DNA of 64,000 nt from an uncultured virus (IMG/VR IMGVR_UViG_3300005672_000033) (lineage: Duplodnaviria; Heunggongvirae; Uroviricota; Caudoviricetes): IMG/VR virus record IMGVR_UViG_3300005672_000033. One strand, given 5' to 3'. Position 1 is the stretch's first letter; each line of letters starts with the position of its first letter. Made by a program: the position numbers and the translations under genes. Shown here piece by piece: positions 46,839 through 57,026 of the stretch. Below the pieces are notes generated by a model. That model was not told the origin of the DNA and did not search any database. It saw nothing but the letters and a program-made list of their open reading frames with translations.

Positions 46839-49174
46839 GCGGCCACCCGGACCTTTCCGTCGTCGACCACGATGCGGGCATCCGCGAGGTCCTGCGCTTC
46901 CTTCGAATGCGAGACGAACAGCACCTTGTCGGCGTCGACGATCTCCGCGGCGCGCCGGAGCATCGCGATCCACGCGCGCGTGTTCTCGGTGTCGAGCGCC
47001 GCGCCGCTCTCGTCCCTCACGATCGTGGGGCGCTCGGCGCCCGCCTGGCGGCAGGCCAGCATGGTGAGGGCCAGGCTGATCGCCTCGTTGACAACGACCC
47101 GCTCCCCGCCGGAGAGGGTCTCGCCGTCCGCCTCTCGGTTCCGGACGGTGTCGAGAACGCGGACCGTGATGCCGGCGATTTCCTTCTTGCCGTCGGCGCT
47201 CGCGCGGGCCGCGTCGATACTGACGGTCCACCGGGGGCCGACGCAGGTGTGGAGCAGATCGTTGACCTGCGCGGTGAGCTCGGGCGCCGCAGCGTCCACC
47301 TCGGCGATCTGCAGGCCGTCCTTGCCCAGGCTGTCGGCGAGCAGGGCGTAGTCGGCGACCTCGGCCTCGGCGGCCTCGAGCAGCGCCTCGACCTCGCCGC
47401 GCTCCGTCGACGTCTTCTTGGCCTGCTCCAACGCGAGCGACGCGCGTTCCCGGCGTGCCCGGCACGCGGCCGCCCGCGTCTCGGCGGGGCTGACGTGGTC
47501 GATCTCGAAGTCGACCGCGGGGACGGCCTCGAGGTCGACGAGCTCGCCCTCGAGCTTGGCGATCTGCGGGTCGATCTCCGCGATGCGCGCCTCGGCGGTC
47601 TCGAGATGGGGCGCCTTTCGGATGTCGCTGGCGAGGTCCTCGAGTTCTTGGCGGAGGCGTAGCCGAGCGCCGCCCTTTTCGTCCTGGCGCCCCGTGATCG
47701 CCCGTCGGCTGTCCTCGAGGGCGGCCTTCTTGTGAGCGAGCGAGGTGATCTCAGCCTCGGTGGCCTGAACGGCGGCCGTCACCTCCTCCTTCGCGCGGCG
47801 CGCGCCATCGAGCTCGCCCGCCCTCGCGGCCAGGCGCTCCACCCGCGCCAGTCCCTCGCGTTCCCGTTGCAGCAGCTGCGCTCCGCTGGCGAGCGCCAGG
47901 CGAGCGGTCTGAAGCCGAGTCGGACCGGTCTCGATCTCCACCGCGGCCGCGTCGTCATCGGCGAGGGCGCGGTTTGCGACGGCGCGATGCTCGCCGCTCA
48001 TTTCGATCGTCGTGATCTTGGTGAGTCCAGCACGCAGGCCTCTGATCCGGACGCTGGCCCCATCGATCAGGCTCGATGCCAACGCATCGACCGCGGCCTT
48101 GGCTGCGGCCTCCTCTTCGGCGGTGTGCTCGACGGCGGCGCGGACGCCCGGCAGGTCGCGAACTGCGTTCGCGATCACGGCTTCGTCGACGAGCACGCGG
48201 TCAGCGGCGGCGACGGCGCGGCGGGATTCGGCGAGCCGCCGCTCCGCTGCTTCGTGCACCGCGATGGTCTCGCGCCGATCGGCGTCGACCGCCGCGAGCT
48301 GGCGCGCGATCTCCTCGAGGTCGGCATCGAGCGCGGGCAGGTGCTGCTCGCGGATGTCGCCGGCGCGGGCGACAGCCCGACGGATGCGGTCGGCGTCGGG
48401 GAGGAGAGCGGCGTTGTTCGCCCGCTTGGTGCGCAGCAGGCCGAGCTCGCCCCGCACCTCTCGGAGGCGGCGCAGCGTGCCGACGTAGGCTTTGGCCGCT
48501 TCGTCCGCCGCGCGCGCCTCGACCAGAGCGGCCTCCGCGTCGTGGAGCGCACGATCGGCCTGCTCGAGCTCGGCGAGCGCCTCCTCGGGATCGGTCCCCG
48601 CGAGCGCCTGGAGGCGTCCACGGAGCTTCGCGGCCTCGACCTTGGCCTCCCGGCCGTGGGCGCGCGCAATCTCCGCCAGCGCCTCGAGCCGTTCCACCCC
48701 GAGGACCTTGAGGAGACACGCCTTTCGGTCGGCAGGTTTCATGTCCAGGAAGCCCGCCGACTGTTGGGCAGAGAACACAGATCCGTAGAGCACCTCCTGG
48801 GCCGGCAGGTGCTTGCTGGCCCAGGCATCGAAGGCTCGGCGCTTTGCCGAGTCAAAGGCGGGAGCCCCGGCAGCGTCCAGGACGACGCTATCTCCAGAGC
48901 CAGTCACCGAGTCCACGTTGTGTCGCAGAGTCCAGTTCGACCCGTTGACGAACTTCACCTCGACGAACGAGTCACGCGACCTCGCAAGGGACGCGAGGGT
49001 GCCCCTGGTCGGGACGTCTCGATACATCGCGCCCGCTAGCAATCCGAGCAATGTGCTCTTGCCCGCCCCATTGGGCCCTGTAACGGCCACCAATCGACCA
49101 GGAAGCGCCGTCAGGTCGAGCGACACATCCGTAAGGACGCCGATGTTCCTTGCTCGTAGCCCCTCGAACCTCAT
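46835..49174 (-). CDS. sbcC: SbcC/Rad50-like SMC ATPase
   Basis: GPNGAGKST, long coiled coil, LSGGE signature, IVRDE, VSH. Confidence 0.9.
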   Translation of the reverse strand: MRFEGLRARNIGVLTDVSLDLTALPGRLVAVTGPNGAGKSTLLGLLAGAMYRDVPTRGTLASLARSRDSFVEVKFVNGSNWTLRHNVDSVTGSGDSVVLDAAGAPAFDSAKRRAFDAWASKHLPAQEVLYGSVFSAQQSAGFLDMKPADRKACLLKVLGVERLEALAEIARAHGREAKVEAAKLRGRLQALAGTDPEEALAELEQADRALHDAEAALVEARAADEAAKAYVGTLRRLREVRGELGLLRTKRANNAALLPDADRIRRAVARAGDIREQHLPALDADLEEIARQLAAVDADRRETIAVHEAAERRLAESRRAVAAADRVLVDEAVIANAVRDLPGVRAAVEHTAEEEAAAKAAVDALASSLIDGASVRIRGLRAGLTKITTIEMSGEHRAVANRALADDDAAAVEIETGPTRLQTARLALASGAQLLQREREGLARVERLAARAGELDGARRAKEEVTAAVQATEAEITSLAHKKAALEDSRRAITGRQDEKGGARLRLRQELEDLASDIRKAPHLETAEARIAEIDPQIAKLEGELVDLEAVPAVDFEIDHVSPAETRAAACRARRERASLALEQAKKTSTERGEVEALLEAAEAEVADYALLADSLGKDGLQIAEVDAAAPELTAQVNDLLHTCVGPRWTVSIDAARASADGKKEIAGITVRVLDTVRNREADGETLSGGERVVVNEAISLALTMLACRQAGAERPTIVRDESGAALDTENTRAWIAMLRRAAEIVDADKVLFVSHSKEAQDLADARIVVDDGKVRVAA

Positions 49175-49779
49175 GCGACCTCCTTCACGTGCTTCCAGGT
49201 CCTGCCGGTTACGGCCATGTAGATCAGGGTTCGAGTGACGTTGAAGCGACGCGCGAGCTCTGTCTTGGTCACTCCACCGGCGGCGAACGCCGCGCGAATT
49301 GTGGCCACCTGGTCCTCTGTCAGCTTCGCGGCACCGTGCTTGCTCCCCCGAGCAAGGCATTCGGGTTTCCGACGGGCATGGTGTTCGTCACCACGACGCA
49401 ACGCGCGAGGCGTCCATCGGCCCTTTTGGGCCATGTCGGCCATATTTTCCGCGTGGGTCCCGAGGAAGAGGTGGCTCGGGTTTACACAGCCGGGGTTGTC
49501 GCAGTGGTGACAGACCTCGAGACCCGAGTCGATCTCACCGTGCGCGAGAATCCAGGCGAACCTGTAGGCCCGGATGGTCCCACCGTGCTTGCGGCCACGT
49601 GCGAACTGGCCGTATCCAAACCTGTCGCGGTAGCCGGTGAAGAGCCAGCACGGGCCCAGTTGAGGCCGGTGCCCCGGCACCGGACCCGCCCGATCGACCA
49701 TAGCGTTGAACCGGTCCGCGAGCGGCGCACCGGCCCAGGCGGCGAATCGCCCGCCTCGATCTCGGTGGTAGTTGCTCAT
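49171..49779 (-). CDS. HNH homing endonuclease with C-terminal HTH
   Basis: CWLFTG...GYG...VCHHCDNPGCVNPSHLFLGTHAENMAD...KLTEDQV. Confidence 0.88.
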   Translation of the reverse strand: MSNYHRDRGGRFAAWAGAPLADRFNAMVDRAGPVPGHRPQLGPCWLFTGYRDRFGYGQFARGRKHGGTIRAYRFAWILAHGEIDSGLEVCHHCDNPGCVNPSHLFLGTHAENMADMAQKGRWTPRALRRGDEHHARRKPECLARGSKHGAAKLTEDQVATIRAAFAAGGVTKTELARRFNVTRTLIYMAVTGRTWKHVKEVA

Positions 49780-50930
49780 GCCGCTCGCTCCTCCCGTTCC
49801 ACCCGGTGCAGTCGGTCGATCACCCGCGGCCGACGCAGCTCGTCGAGCTCGATGCCGCGGGATGCCCAGAGGGCACCGAGCTTGTCCTCCAGCGTCTTGG
49901 CCTTCGCGATCTCGGGGGCGCGCGCGCGGACGAAGGCCTCGACCTCTTCCTCGATCTTTACGAGCACGGCGCCGCGCGCCTCGATGTCGGCCTTCAGCGC
50001 GGCCGCAGCCGCCTTCGCGAGGTCCCGCTGGTCGTTGGCGACCCGGTAGCGGAAGCGCACCTCGGCGCCGTCGACGTGGCGGAGCGAGTCGGGCGGCACA
50101 AGCGCGCCATCCCACGCCCCCTCTGCCAGGATCATCCGCCGCGCGGGGCTCGTGATGCGAAGCCACCGAACCTCGCCCGGCTCGTAGTCGACGATGATGT
50201 AGCCCTTGCCCGGGCCAGGCTCGCCGAAGTTCCGGTGCATGGGCGCGCCCGGGTACGCGACCGGACCGTGGTCGGTCTCCCACTCGTTCGTCGCGGCGTG
50301 GATGTGGCCGGCGGCGACGAACTCGGCCTCGGCGAGCGCAATGTCAGCGACCGAGACCGCCATGTCTCCGCCGACGACGGGCTGGTCGTGATCGGTGTTG
50401 GCCCCGTCGATCATGAAATGGCCGACGAGGAGGCGACGGAGGCCGGTGGCGCGCATCTCCGCCCCCAACCCACGCAGCACGTTGCGGAGGCACTCCTGCG
50501 CGATACGGCCGCTGTCGGCGTGCGAGACGTCGCGCCCGAGCGCGGCGAGGAGCTGCGCGGAGCGCGGCCAGGGCATCGCGGCGACAGCCAGGGGTCCGAG
50601 CCGCACCACGCCCGGCCGGCTGAAGGCGTGGACCGGGTGCTTGGTCCGGAGTCGACCGAGCATGTCGATGTCGATGTCGCCGTCGTGGTTCCCACGGACG
50701 ACCACGAGCGGCGCGCGCTCGGTCACGGCACGGCACCAGTCGGCGACGGCGCGGCGCTCGATGGCCGATGAGCGCTCACGCTCGAAGGCGTCGCCGCCGT
50801 GCACGACGAGATCCACTTCGCGCTCGGCGATGTCGTTGGCGATCCACGACATCACCCGCTCGTGCTCGTCGAAGCGAGAGGCCTCGTCGGCGTGGGTGTC
50901 GGCCACGACCGCGACTCGAAACGGCCTCAT
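49776..50930 (-). CDS. sbcD: SbcD/Mre11-like metallophosphoesterase nuclease
   Basis: ADTH, GGDAF, RGNHD, GHF, AGHIH. Confidence 0.9.
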   Translation of the reverse strand: MRPFRVAVVADTHADEASRFDEHERVMSWIANDIAEREVDLVVHGGDAFERERSSAIERRAVADWCRAVTERAPLVVVRGNHDGDIDIDMLGRLRTKHPVHAFSRPGVVRLGPLAVAAMPWPRSAQLLAALGRDVSHADSGRIAQECLRNVLRGLGAEMRATGLRRLLVGHFMIDGANTDHDQPVVGGDMAVSVADIALAEAEFVAAGHIHAATNEWETDHGPVAYPGAPMHRNFGEPGPGKGYIIVDYEPGEVRWLRITSPARRMILAEGAWDGALVPPDSLRHVDGAEVRFRYRVANDQRDLAKAAAAALKADIEARGAVLVKIEEEVEAFVRARAPEIAKAKTLEDKLGALWASRGIELDELRRPRVIDRLHRVEREERAA

Positions 50931-51295
50931 CGGCGCCCCCCGATCGGCTGCCCGATGAGGGCGACGACGAATGCTTCTGCGGCGAGCGCCGACGCCTTGG
51001 CCTTCTCGGCGCGGGCATAGAGCTCCGCGCTCGCGAGCGTGGCCTCGGCCTTGCGCGCGCCCTCGTTCTTGGCCTCGGACGCGAGGAGCGCCTTGGCCTC
51101 TGCGAGCTCGGCGTCCCGCCGCTGGTCGGCAACGATTTGCAGCGACACCCTCCACGCGTGGATCGCTTCGGTGATGGTGAAGAGACGAGCGCGCTCGGGC
51201 GAATGGACCTGCGCGACGTCGCTGATGCCGGGCGGTGGCGTCGCGGGTCGATCGGTGGGCGCCTTGGCGACGTCGTTGGTGTCGGCGGTCTCCAT
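50927..51295 (-). CDS. hypothetical helical protein
   Basis: Coupled ORF. Confidence 0.55.
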   Translation of the reverse strand: METADTNDVAKAPTDRPATPPPGISDVAQVHSPERARLFTITEAIHAWRVSLQIVADQRRDAELAEAKALLASEAKNEGARKAEATLASAELYARAEKAKASALAAEAFVVALIGQPIGGRR

Positions 51296-52464
51296 CAGTA
51301 GCCTCCCTCGCCGTCACCGCCGTCGTACGGCTGCTCCATGTCGTCGAATGGCCCCGAGCCGCCGGGGTCAGACGGTGGGTCGTCCTCCACATCCTCGAAG
51401 TCGCCGTCGTGCGATGGTCCGCCGTGAAGCAGCCCAGCCGGCTGCACTGGCGCGGGGAGCTGCGGCCGGCCCATACCCGCAGCGCCACCGAAGAGCGCCG
51501 CGGTCCCGCCGAGCGACGCCTGCATGAGGCCGCGCGCGAACATCATCTCGATCTCGGGGTTGTGCGGGCACCGCCCCGTGAAGGAGAGCTTGAGGACCGC
51601 GAACGCCTTCTTCTCGTTGTCGGCGTAGTTGCCGATCGCGAGAAGCTTGCGAACCGCGCGGAGGTAACCCTTCGTCTCCGCAAGCGCCGGCAGGTGCTTC
51701 AACTTGGCGCGGATCTGGCCGTCAGGCTCCGGAATCCTGTCCCACTGCTTGGCGATCGCGTCCTGCTGCCGCGCCTTGCCTTCGGCCAGCATCGCCTCGT
51801 ACTCCTTGGTGCCGGGGCGAAGGTCGATCGAGCCGCTCTTCGTCTCGCCGCGCACACCACCCGACAGCTCCTGCCGAGCCACGCTCACGACGAAGCGGCA
51901 CATGCCCCGCGGGTCGTAGTGGGTCTGCACCGACCCGGTGGTCGAGACGCCCGCGGCGTCCGCGATTCGCGCGATCGCGTTGCCGTTGACCATCCACATG
52001 CCCCCGTCCTGCTTGATCCACTCCTTCGGCAGGAGCCGCACGACGCTGAGCACCACCGAATGCCCGAGGGGTACGTCACCGAGCGCAACCGCCCCGACGA
52101 TGTTGTAGTCCTGCTCGATCTCTTCGAGCAGCGCGAGGAGGTCCTTGGCGTTGGAGAAGCTCTGCGAATCGGGGATCCGCTTCTTCGGGCGCCCGCCGTT
52201 GACGGCGCCGTTGCCGTTCGAGCGCCGTTCCTCGCCGCCGCTCGGTGCGCCCGGGCCAGCGTCGACTCCGTTGCCTTCGAGGATGGCGCGCGCCGCCGCG
52301 ACCCACTTCTTGTCGTGATCCGGCCTGCGGCTCCCGCCGTCCGCGATCTCTTTCGAGATGCGCCCGACCCAATAGAGGAGGTCGCGCTCGGCTGCCTGCT
52401 CGATGGGCGTGTCCTTGGACTTGCCGCCCGGAATGACGAACCCGCTGGGTGCCCCGGAGGCCAT
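51295..52464 (-). CDS. hypothetical protein, possible single-strand annealing/recombination protein
   Basis: Upstream of sbcDC; acidic C-terminal tail; AETKGYLRAVRKLL resembles annealing-protein helices. Confidence 0.45.
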   Translation of the reverse strand: MASGAPSGFVIPGGKSKDTPIEQAAERDLLYWVGRISKEIADGGSRRPDHDKKWVAAARAILEGNGVDAGPGAPSGGEERRSNGNGAVNGGRPKKRIPDSQSFSNAKDLLALLEEIEQDYNIVGAVALGDVPLGHSVVLSVVRLLPKEWIKQDGGMWMVNGNAIARIADAAGVSTTGSVQTHYDPRGMCRFVVSVARQELSGGVRGETKSGSIDLRPGTKEYEAMLAEGKARQQDAIAKQWDRIPEPDGQIRAKLKHLPALAETKGYLRAVRKLLAIGNYADNEKKAFAVLKLSFTGRCPHNPEIEMMFARGLMQASLGGTAALFGGAAGMGRPQLPAPVQPAGLLHGGPSHDGDFEDVEDDPPSDPGGSGPFDDMEQPYDGGDGEGGY

Positions 52465-54396
52465 CTCAGTGCGTCCCTTCCGCGACGACGACCGTGCGGA
52501 CGTCGCCACGCTTGAGGCCCCAGATCGCGACCCTGCCATCGGTGGTCTCGGTCGCGGTGACGTCGAAGCCCTTGATGCGGGCCAGGACCGCGGCGCGCGC
52601 GGGCTCGGAGAGAAGCGGCACATCTCGAGCCTCGAGCACGCCGCTCTCGAAGAGCTCGACGGCCTCGGTCGGGGAGAGGGCATGCGGCGGGGCGAGGTCC
52701 CCGCGCGCGGTCTCGTAGCAGTTGGTCGGTCGCATGGTCGTCCTCCTCAAGCAGCGACGCGGCGCGCGTAGGCGCGCTCGCGGAGATAGGTGTCGGCCAT
52801 CACACGCGCGGCCGAGACCGCGTCGCCGCAATGGCGCTTGTCCCGCTGCATCACGAAGCGGATGCGGCGGTAAAAGGTCAGGAAGGGGCGCTCGACGGGG
52901 CGCCGCCGGAGCTGGTCCACGGCGAACGCGGCCACCTCGCTAGCAAACGTCTCCGTCATGTAGGGGTGCGCCTGGATGGCGCAGAGCTCGGAGAGCGTGG
53001 AGAGCCTCATCGGACCGCCTCTCGAGCAGTCGACGCGAGCTCGTCCGGTCCACGATCGCCGCACGCGGCGCGAACCTCGGCGGCGACAGCGGCGGCGCCG
53101 AAACGCTGGACGAGCATCGAGACCGCCGCGGTGAGGTGCTCGCGCGACGCGCGGGCGTCAGCGAGATCGGCCCGTGCCTGGGCGCGGGGAACGGTGTGCG
53201 ACCGTGCGGCCATCAGAGGTCCCTCCCGTCGGCGATCGTCCACTCCCAATCGATGAGGCCGCCCTTGGCGACGTACCGAATCTTGGTGACCTTGTGCTCG
53301 ATGCCTGCGACGGAGATCGTCGGCTCGGTCGCGTCGCTCTCCCACACGCTCTTGGCCCAACGGATGTGCTCGGGGCCCGGAGACTCGAAGTCGACGACGC
53401 CACCGTCGAAGTTGACGATCATGCGCGCGTGCTGCTTCGCGGCAGCGAGGCGCCCCGTCGCCGCCGCCTTGGACGGCAGGCTCACGGTGTTGGGCTCGGC
53501 CCGCTCGACGAGGACCTCGTCGAGGATGCTGTTCGCGCGGCTCGGCGTCACCGACATGGCGACCCTCCGACGCTCGCGGCGAGCTGACCGGTGAGGATGC
53601 CTTGCTGGCACGACGCGCAGCGGTGTCTGCCCTTACCCTCTTCGCAGCACGAGCACCTCAGTCGCTGGTCGTCGAGCCAGGCGAGCGCCTTGCCCTGCGA
53701 CGTGAACCGCCCCACGCGCGCACCGAGGGTGCGAAGCGAGAGCTCCAGCTCTGCCGCGCACGCCACGACCCGGGCGCATCGGGGCACCCAGCCCGCGGGC
53801 ACGACGTTGGGAACGGGCTCCATCCAGGCCACCCAAGGCCGGCTGGGCTCGGCTCGGTCACCTTCGCGAACGGTGCGGCGGAAGGTCGACCGCTTCACGT
53901 CGCCACCTGAAAGTCTGGGGCGGCTCCGACCGCGAGACGAAGTTCGAGGTAGAGCGCGCAGAGCGCCTCGCTGTGGCGATCCCAGGCAGCCTCCAGCCCG
54001 AACTCGCAGAGGTCGTCACGGAGGAGCTCGAGCTCCGCGTCGTGGTACCGCTTGCCGTGGCAGGCCTCGGCCTGGTTCCGCACGCATGCGAACGCGCGCT
54101 GGCGGTCGAGCTCACGGTCGTCGTCCTCGCAGCCGAGGCACTCGACCGCCGCGTCGATGCCGTGCAGGCAGCGCTCCGGCCCGGTGCTGTACTCGCACGG
54201 GAGGAGGCTCACGACGTCCTCGTGATGTCGAAAGCGGGAGCGGCGCCACCGCCGACCCGCACCGAGGCATCGACGCAGAGCCCGCGCACCGCGTCGCAGG
54301 TCTCCTCGTCCTCCGCGTTGGTCTCGAGGAACTCAGCGAGCGTGCACTCCGCGGCCGAGCCGTCGTCCAGGTCCACGATGCGCAGCTTCGGTTCCA

Positions 54397-54633
54397 TCAG
54401 CACCCCTCCCAGCTCTCCCCGGCGTCCGCGGGGTCGAAGTCGGAGGGCTCGGGGCCGAAGTACCTGCGGCGGTTCTCGGCCTCGCGCTCGACCCGAGCGG
54501 CTCCGTGGCGTTCGCAGCGCGGGTAGGCGCCGAAGCCGTAACCGGGGTTGCGAAGCTCGACGGAGCCGCGGCAGCCTGCCGGTCCGTCCAGACACTCCAG
54601 CCCCGCCCCACCGCCCGCTTCCGTCGTCCTCAT
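54397..54633 (-). CDS. first gene of the leftward early operon, Cys-containing
   Basis: ATG 8 nt after the PL -10 element; followed by coupled small ORFs down to ~52466. Confidence 0.55.
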   Translation of the reverse strand: MRTTEAGGGAGLECLDGPAGCRGSVELRNPGYGFGAYPRCERHGAARVEREAENRRRYFGPEPSDFDPADAGESWEGC

Positions 54634-54641
54634 GGGAAGGC

Positions 54642-54670
54642 AAGCTATATCGCGTGCGCTATAGCGTCAA
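54642..54670 (-). promoter_or_regulatory. PL-like sigma70 promoter/operator
   Basis: TTGACG-CTATAGCGCACGCGATA-TAGCTT. Confidence 0.75.
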
Positions 54671-54736
54671 GAGGTTAGAGCGCAGAAAGTTTCTGCGGGC
54701 TACCCATGGTGCTGGGGAGCGGCTCCGATCGGTGAG

Positions 54737-55381
54737 ATGGCCCAGCACGGCTGGGGGCCACAGCGCCCCCATGGATACGTTCCCGCCCCGCCTCCTCGAA
54801 GCTCGAACGCGTGGATTTGGAAGCTCGGGGTCGCGGTCGGCGTCCTCGTCGTGTTGCCCGTGGTCGTCATCGTCGCGCTGCCGGCCCCCAAGCCGAAGAC
54901 CGAGCCGGCTGCTGCGGCGCCCGTCCCTGAACAAGCGAGCGAGCCCGCCCCGCCACCCATCGATCGCGTCGCCTGTGAGGCTGGGGCCGGCGAGGTGTTC
55001 GAGGCGATCAACCCGGCTACGGGAAAGGGCCATGAGGAGTGCCGACCGATCCCAGAGTGCGTCGGAATCGAGACGGCCGATGCGGCGACCAAGGAGGCCA
55101 AGGCGCTGCTCGCCGAGGGGAGGGCGATGGACGCGCTCCGCAACCGGACCGATCCCGACTCTCTCCGCCGATGTGGGGAGCAGATGCGGGAGCTCCAGCC
55201 GCGCGCGAAGAAGCTCCGCGGCTGCACGACGAAGCGCTACAACGCCAACCGGCCCGAGTGGATGGCCGCCCACGTGAGCGGGGCGTTCCTCGAGCTGTGT
55301 GTGTCCTGCCTCAAGGGGCCGGCTACTGCCAACGGGACAGCCGCCTGGAACTGCGCCCAGGCTGGCCGTGACCTGAAGTAG
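54737..55381 (+). CDS. membrane-anchored Cys-rich protein (candidate lysogenic conversion/exclusion gene)
   Basis: Single TM helix, Pro/Ala linker, 8 Cys; isolated orientation within the immunity region. Confidence 0.6.
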   Translation: MAQHGWGPQRPHGYVPAPPPRSSNAWIWKLGVAVGVLVVLPVVVIVALPAPKPKTEPAAAAPVPEQASEPAPPPIDRVACEAGAGEVFEAINPATGKGHEECRPIPECVGIETADAATKEAKALLAEGRAMDALRNRTDPDSLRRCGEQMRELQPRAKKLRGCTTKRYNANRPEWMAAHVSGAFLELCVSCLKGPATANGTAAWNCAQAGRDLK

Positions 55382-56023
55382 TCACCCCGCTTCGGCGATC
55401 AAAGCGATGCGTCGGGGCTGATCTTCGAACCGGACCTTTCGCAGCCCCGGGAAGGGTGCATCTGATCGGGCGATGCGACGTAGCTCTGGTTCCGGAGGCA
55501 TGACGAACGCGCCGAAGCTCCGGGCGTAGACGCGCGTGGGCGCGACGACGGCGGTGGCGTCGACGGCGCCGACCTCGGCGAGCCGGAGCGCGGCCGCCGT
55601 CTCCTCGACGGCGAAGTCATCGGAGAGCGCTACCAGCTCGTGGCGGTGCTCCGCGGCGGCCTGCAAGAACGGCCGTCGTGGCATCATGAGGGCCGCGGCG
55701 ATCCCGTCGGCCGCCGCTTCGGCGTCAGAACGACGATACCCGCGCGAAATCAGGTGAGACTCAGCGATCTCGTGGGCGATGTTCCATGCACGCCTACGTG
55801 GCGTCAGGCCTCGCCGCAGGGCGATCTCCGGCGGCCGGCCGCGTCCACGCGGATGAAAGAGCTTGGCGTCGAGCCCCCGCAACACCTGCTGTGGGTAGTA
55901 GGCCACTCCGATCTCGAGGGCACGGGCCAGCGCATGGGCGCTGCAGACGTCGTCGTCGCCGAGGTCTGCGCGCGATCGAATGAGCGACGCCTCGAAGTCG
56001 GGGTCGAGAAGGCTGAGGAGCAC
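55382..56023 (-). CDS. ImmA/IrrE-family metallopeptidase
   Basis: RRAWNIAHEIAE...EAAADGIAAALMMP; downstream of the repressor. Confidence 0.75.
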   Translation of the reverse strand: MLLSLLDPDFEASLIRSRADLGDDDVCSAHALARALEIGVAYYPQQVLRGLDAKLFHPRGRGRPPEIALRRGLTPRRRAWNIAHEIAESHLISRGYRRSDAEAAADGIAAALMMPRRPFLQAAAEHRHELVALSDDFAVEETAAALRLAEVGAVDATAVVAPTRVYARSFGAFVMPPEPELRRIARSDAPFPGLRKVRFEDQPRRIALIAEAG

Positions 56024-56119
56024 GAGGTCGAGGGTCGCCCAGCGACCGGCGCATGGGCAGATGGACGCGGTCGATCCCGGGACGCAAAATGTCCCCTCGG
56101 GCCTATTCTCAATAGAACG

Positions 56120-56743
56120 CTACCGCTTACCGCGACGGGGCCTTTCACCCGGGTCCTCGGCAGCCTCGACCGCGCCGAGATGCTGCCGAATCTGCTCGAT
56201 CGTGGCGTCCTTGTAGGTGCTCCGAAGCTCTAGCTGTCGTTTGAACGCGGCACGCCAGAACGGGATCGGGTGGTCGCCTCGCGAGGCGAGACCGACCCCT
56301 TCGATGACGTCGTCGGCCACGGCGTCTGGAACGACGACGCCATCGGCTCTCAGATCGTCCAACGCCAGCTCGGCGTTCATGTATCGGGGGACAAGCCGCA
56401 CGGTCCTGGACTTCTTCTTGGTCGTCCGCGGACGGGCGTCCCGCTTCTCCTGTTGCGTCCGCACGAGCTCGTTGAGCTTGGCCTGTTCCTCGGGCGAGAG
56501 CGCGAGCGCCTTCACAATCTTGGCGACCGTTCCGCCGTCGGGCACCGATGACTTCGACGGCTTGAACCAGTTCTGCACGGTGCTCCACTTCACCCCGATC
56601 GCCTCGGCGAACTGCGACTTGTTCTTCCCTGCCCGCCGGTACAGGCGCTGAAGAAAAAGCCCGAGTTCGGTGACATCGACATCGTTCGCGACCATCGGGG
56701 TCGAGTGTTCGCGCTCTAGTCGTGTGGCCGCTATCCCTCGCAT
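56120..56743 (-). CDS. phage repressor (XRE HTH); start may be 56694
   Basis: KSQFAEAIGVKWSTVQNW; divergent from the cro-like gene. Confidence 0.8.
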   Translation of the reverse strand: MRGIAATRLEREHSTPMVANDVDVTELGLFLQRLYRRAGKNKSQFAEAIGVKWSTVQNWFKPSKSSVPDGGTVAKIVKALALSPEEQAKLNELVRTQQEKRDARPRTTKKKSRTVRLVPRYMNAELALDDLRADGVVVPDAVADDVIEGVGLASRGDHPIPFWRAAFKRQLELRSTYKDATIEQIRQHLGAVEAAEDPGERPRRGKR

Positions 56744-56758
56744 GCGCGGACTATGGTC

Positions 56759-56787
56759 TTGACGATATAGCGCACGGTGTATAACGT
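56759..56787 (+). promoter_or_regulatory. PR-like sigma70 promoter/operator
   Basis: TTGACG-ATATAGCGCACGGTGTA-TAACGT, 8 nt before GTG 56796. Confidence 0.75.
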
Positions 56788-56795
56788 CCGGTGGT

Positions 56796-57023
56796 GTGAC
56801 CGTCGTAGAGTACCTCCAGGCCAGCGGCTCGAATCTGCATCGCCTCTCTCAGCAGACGGGAATCGCCTACAGCACGCTTTCGAAGCACGTGAACCACGGG
56901 CACGTGCTCTCCGTCGCGACGGCGAAGAAGCTGGAGGCCTTCGATGCGCGAATGACCGCGGCCGAGATTCTCGGGCTGGCGGGCCCCGTGGCGCCGCCCG
57001 CCGTTGCGGGCACGGAGGGCTGA
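56796..57023 (+). CDS. Cro-like HTH protein
   Basis: LHRLSQQTGIAYSTLSKHVNH. Confidence 0.8.
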   Translation: MTVVEYLQASGSNLHRLSQQTGIAYSTLSKHVNHGHVLSVATAKKLEAFDARMTAAEILGLAGPVAPPAVAGTEG

Positions 57024-57026
57024 CCC

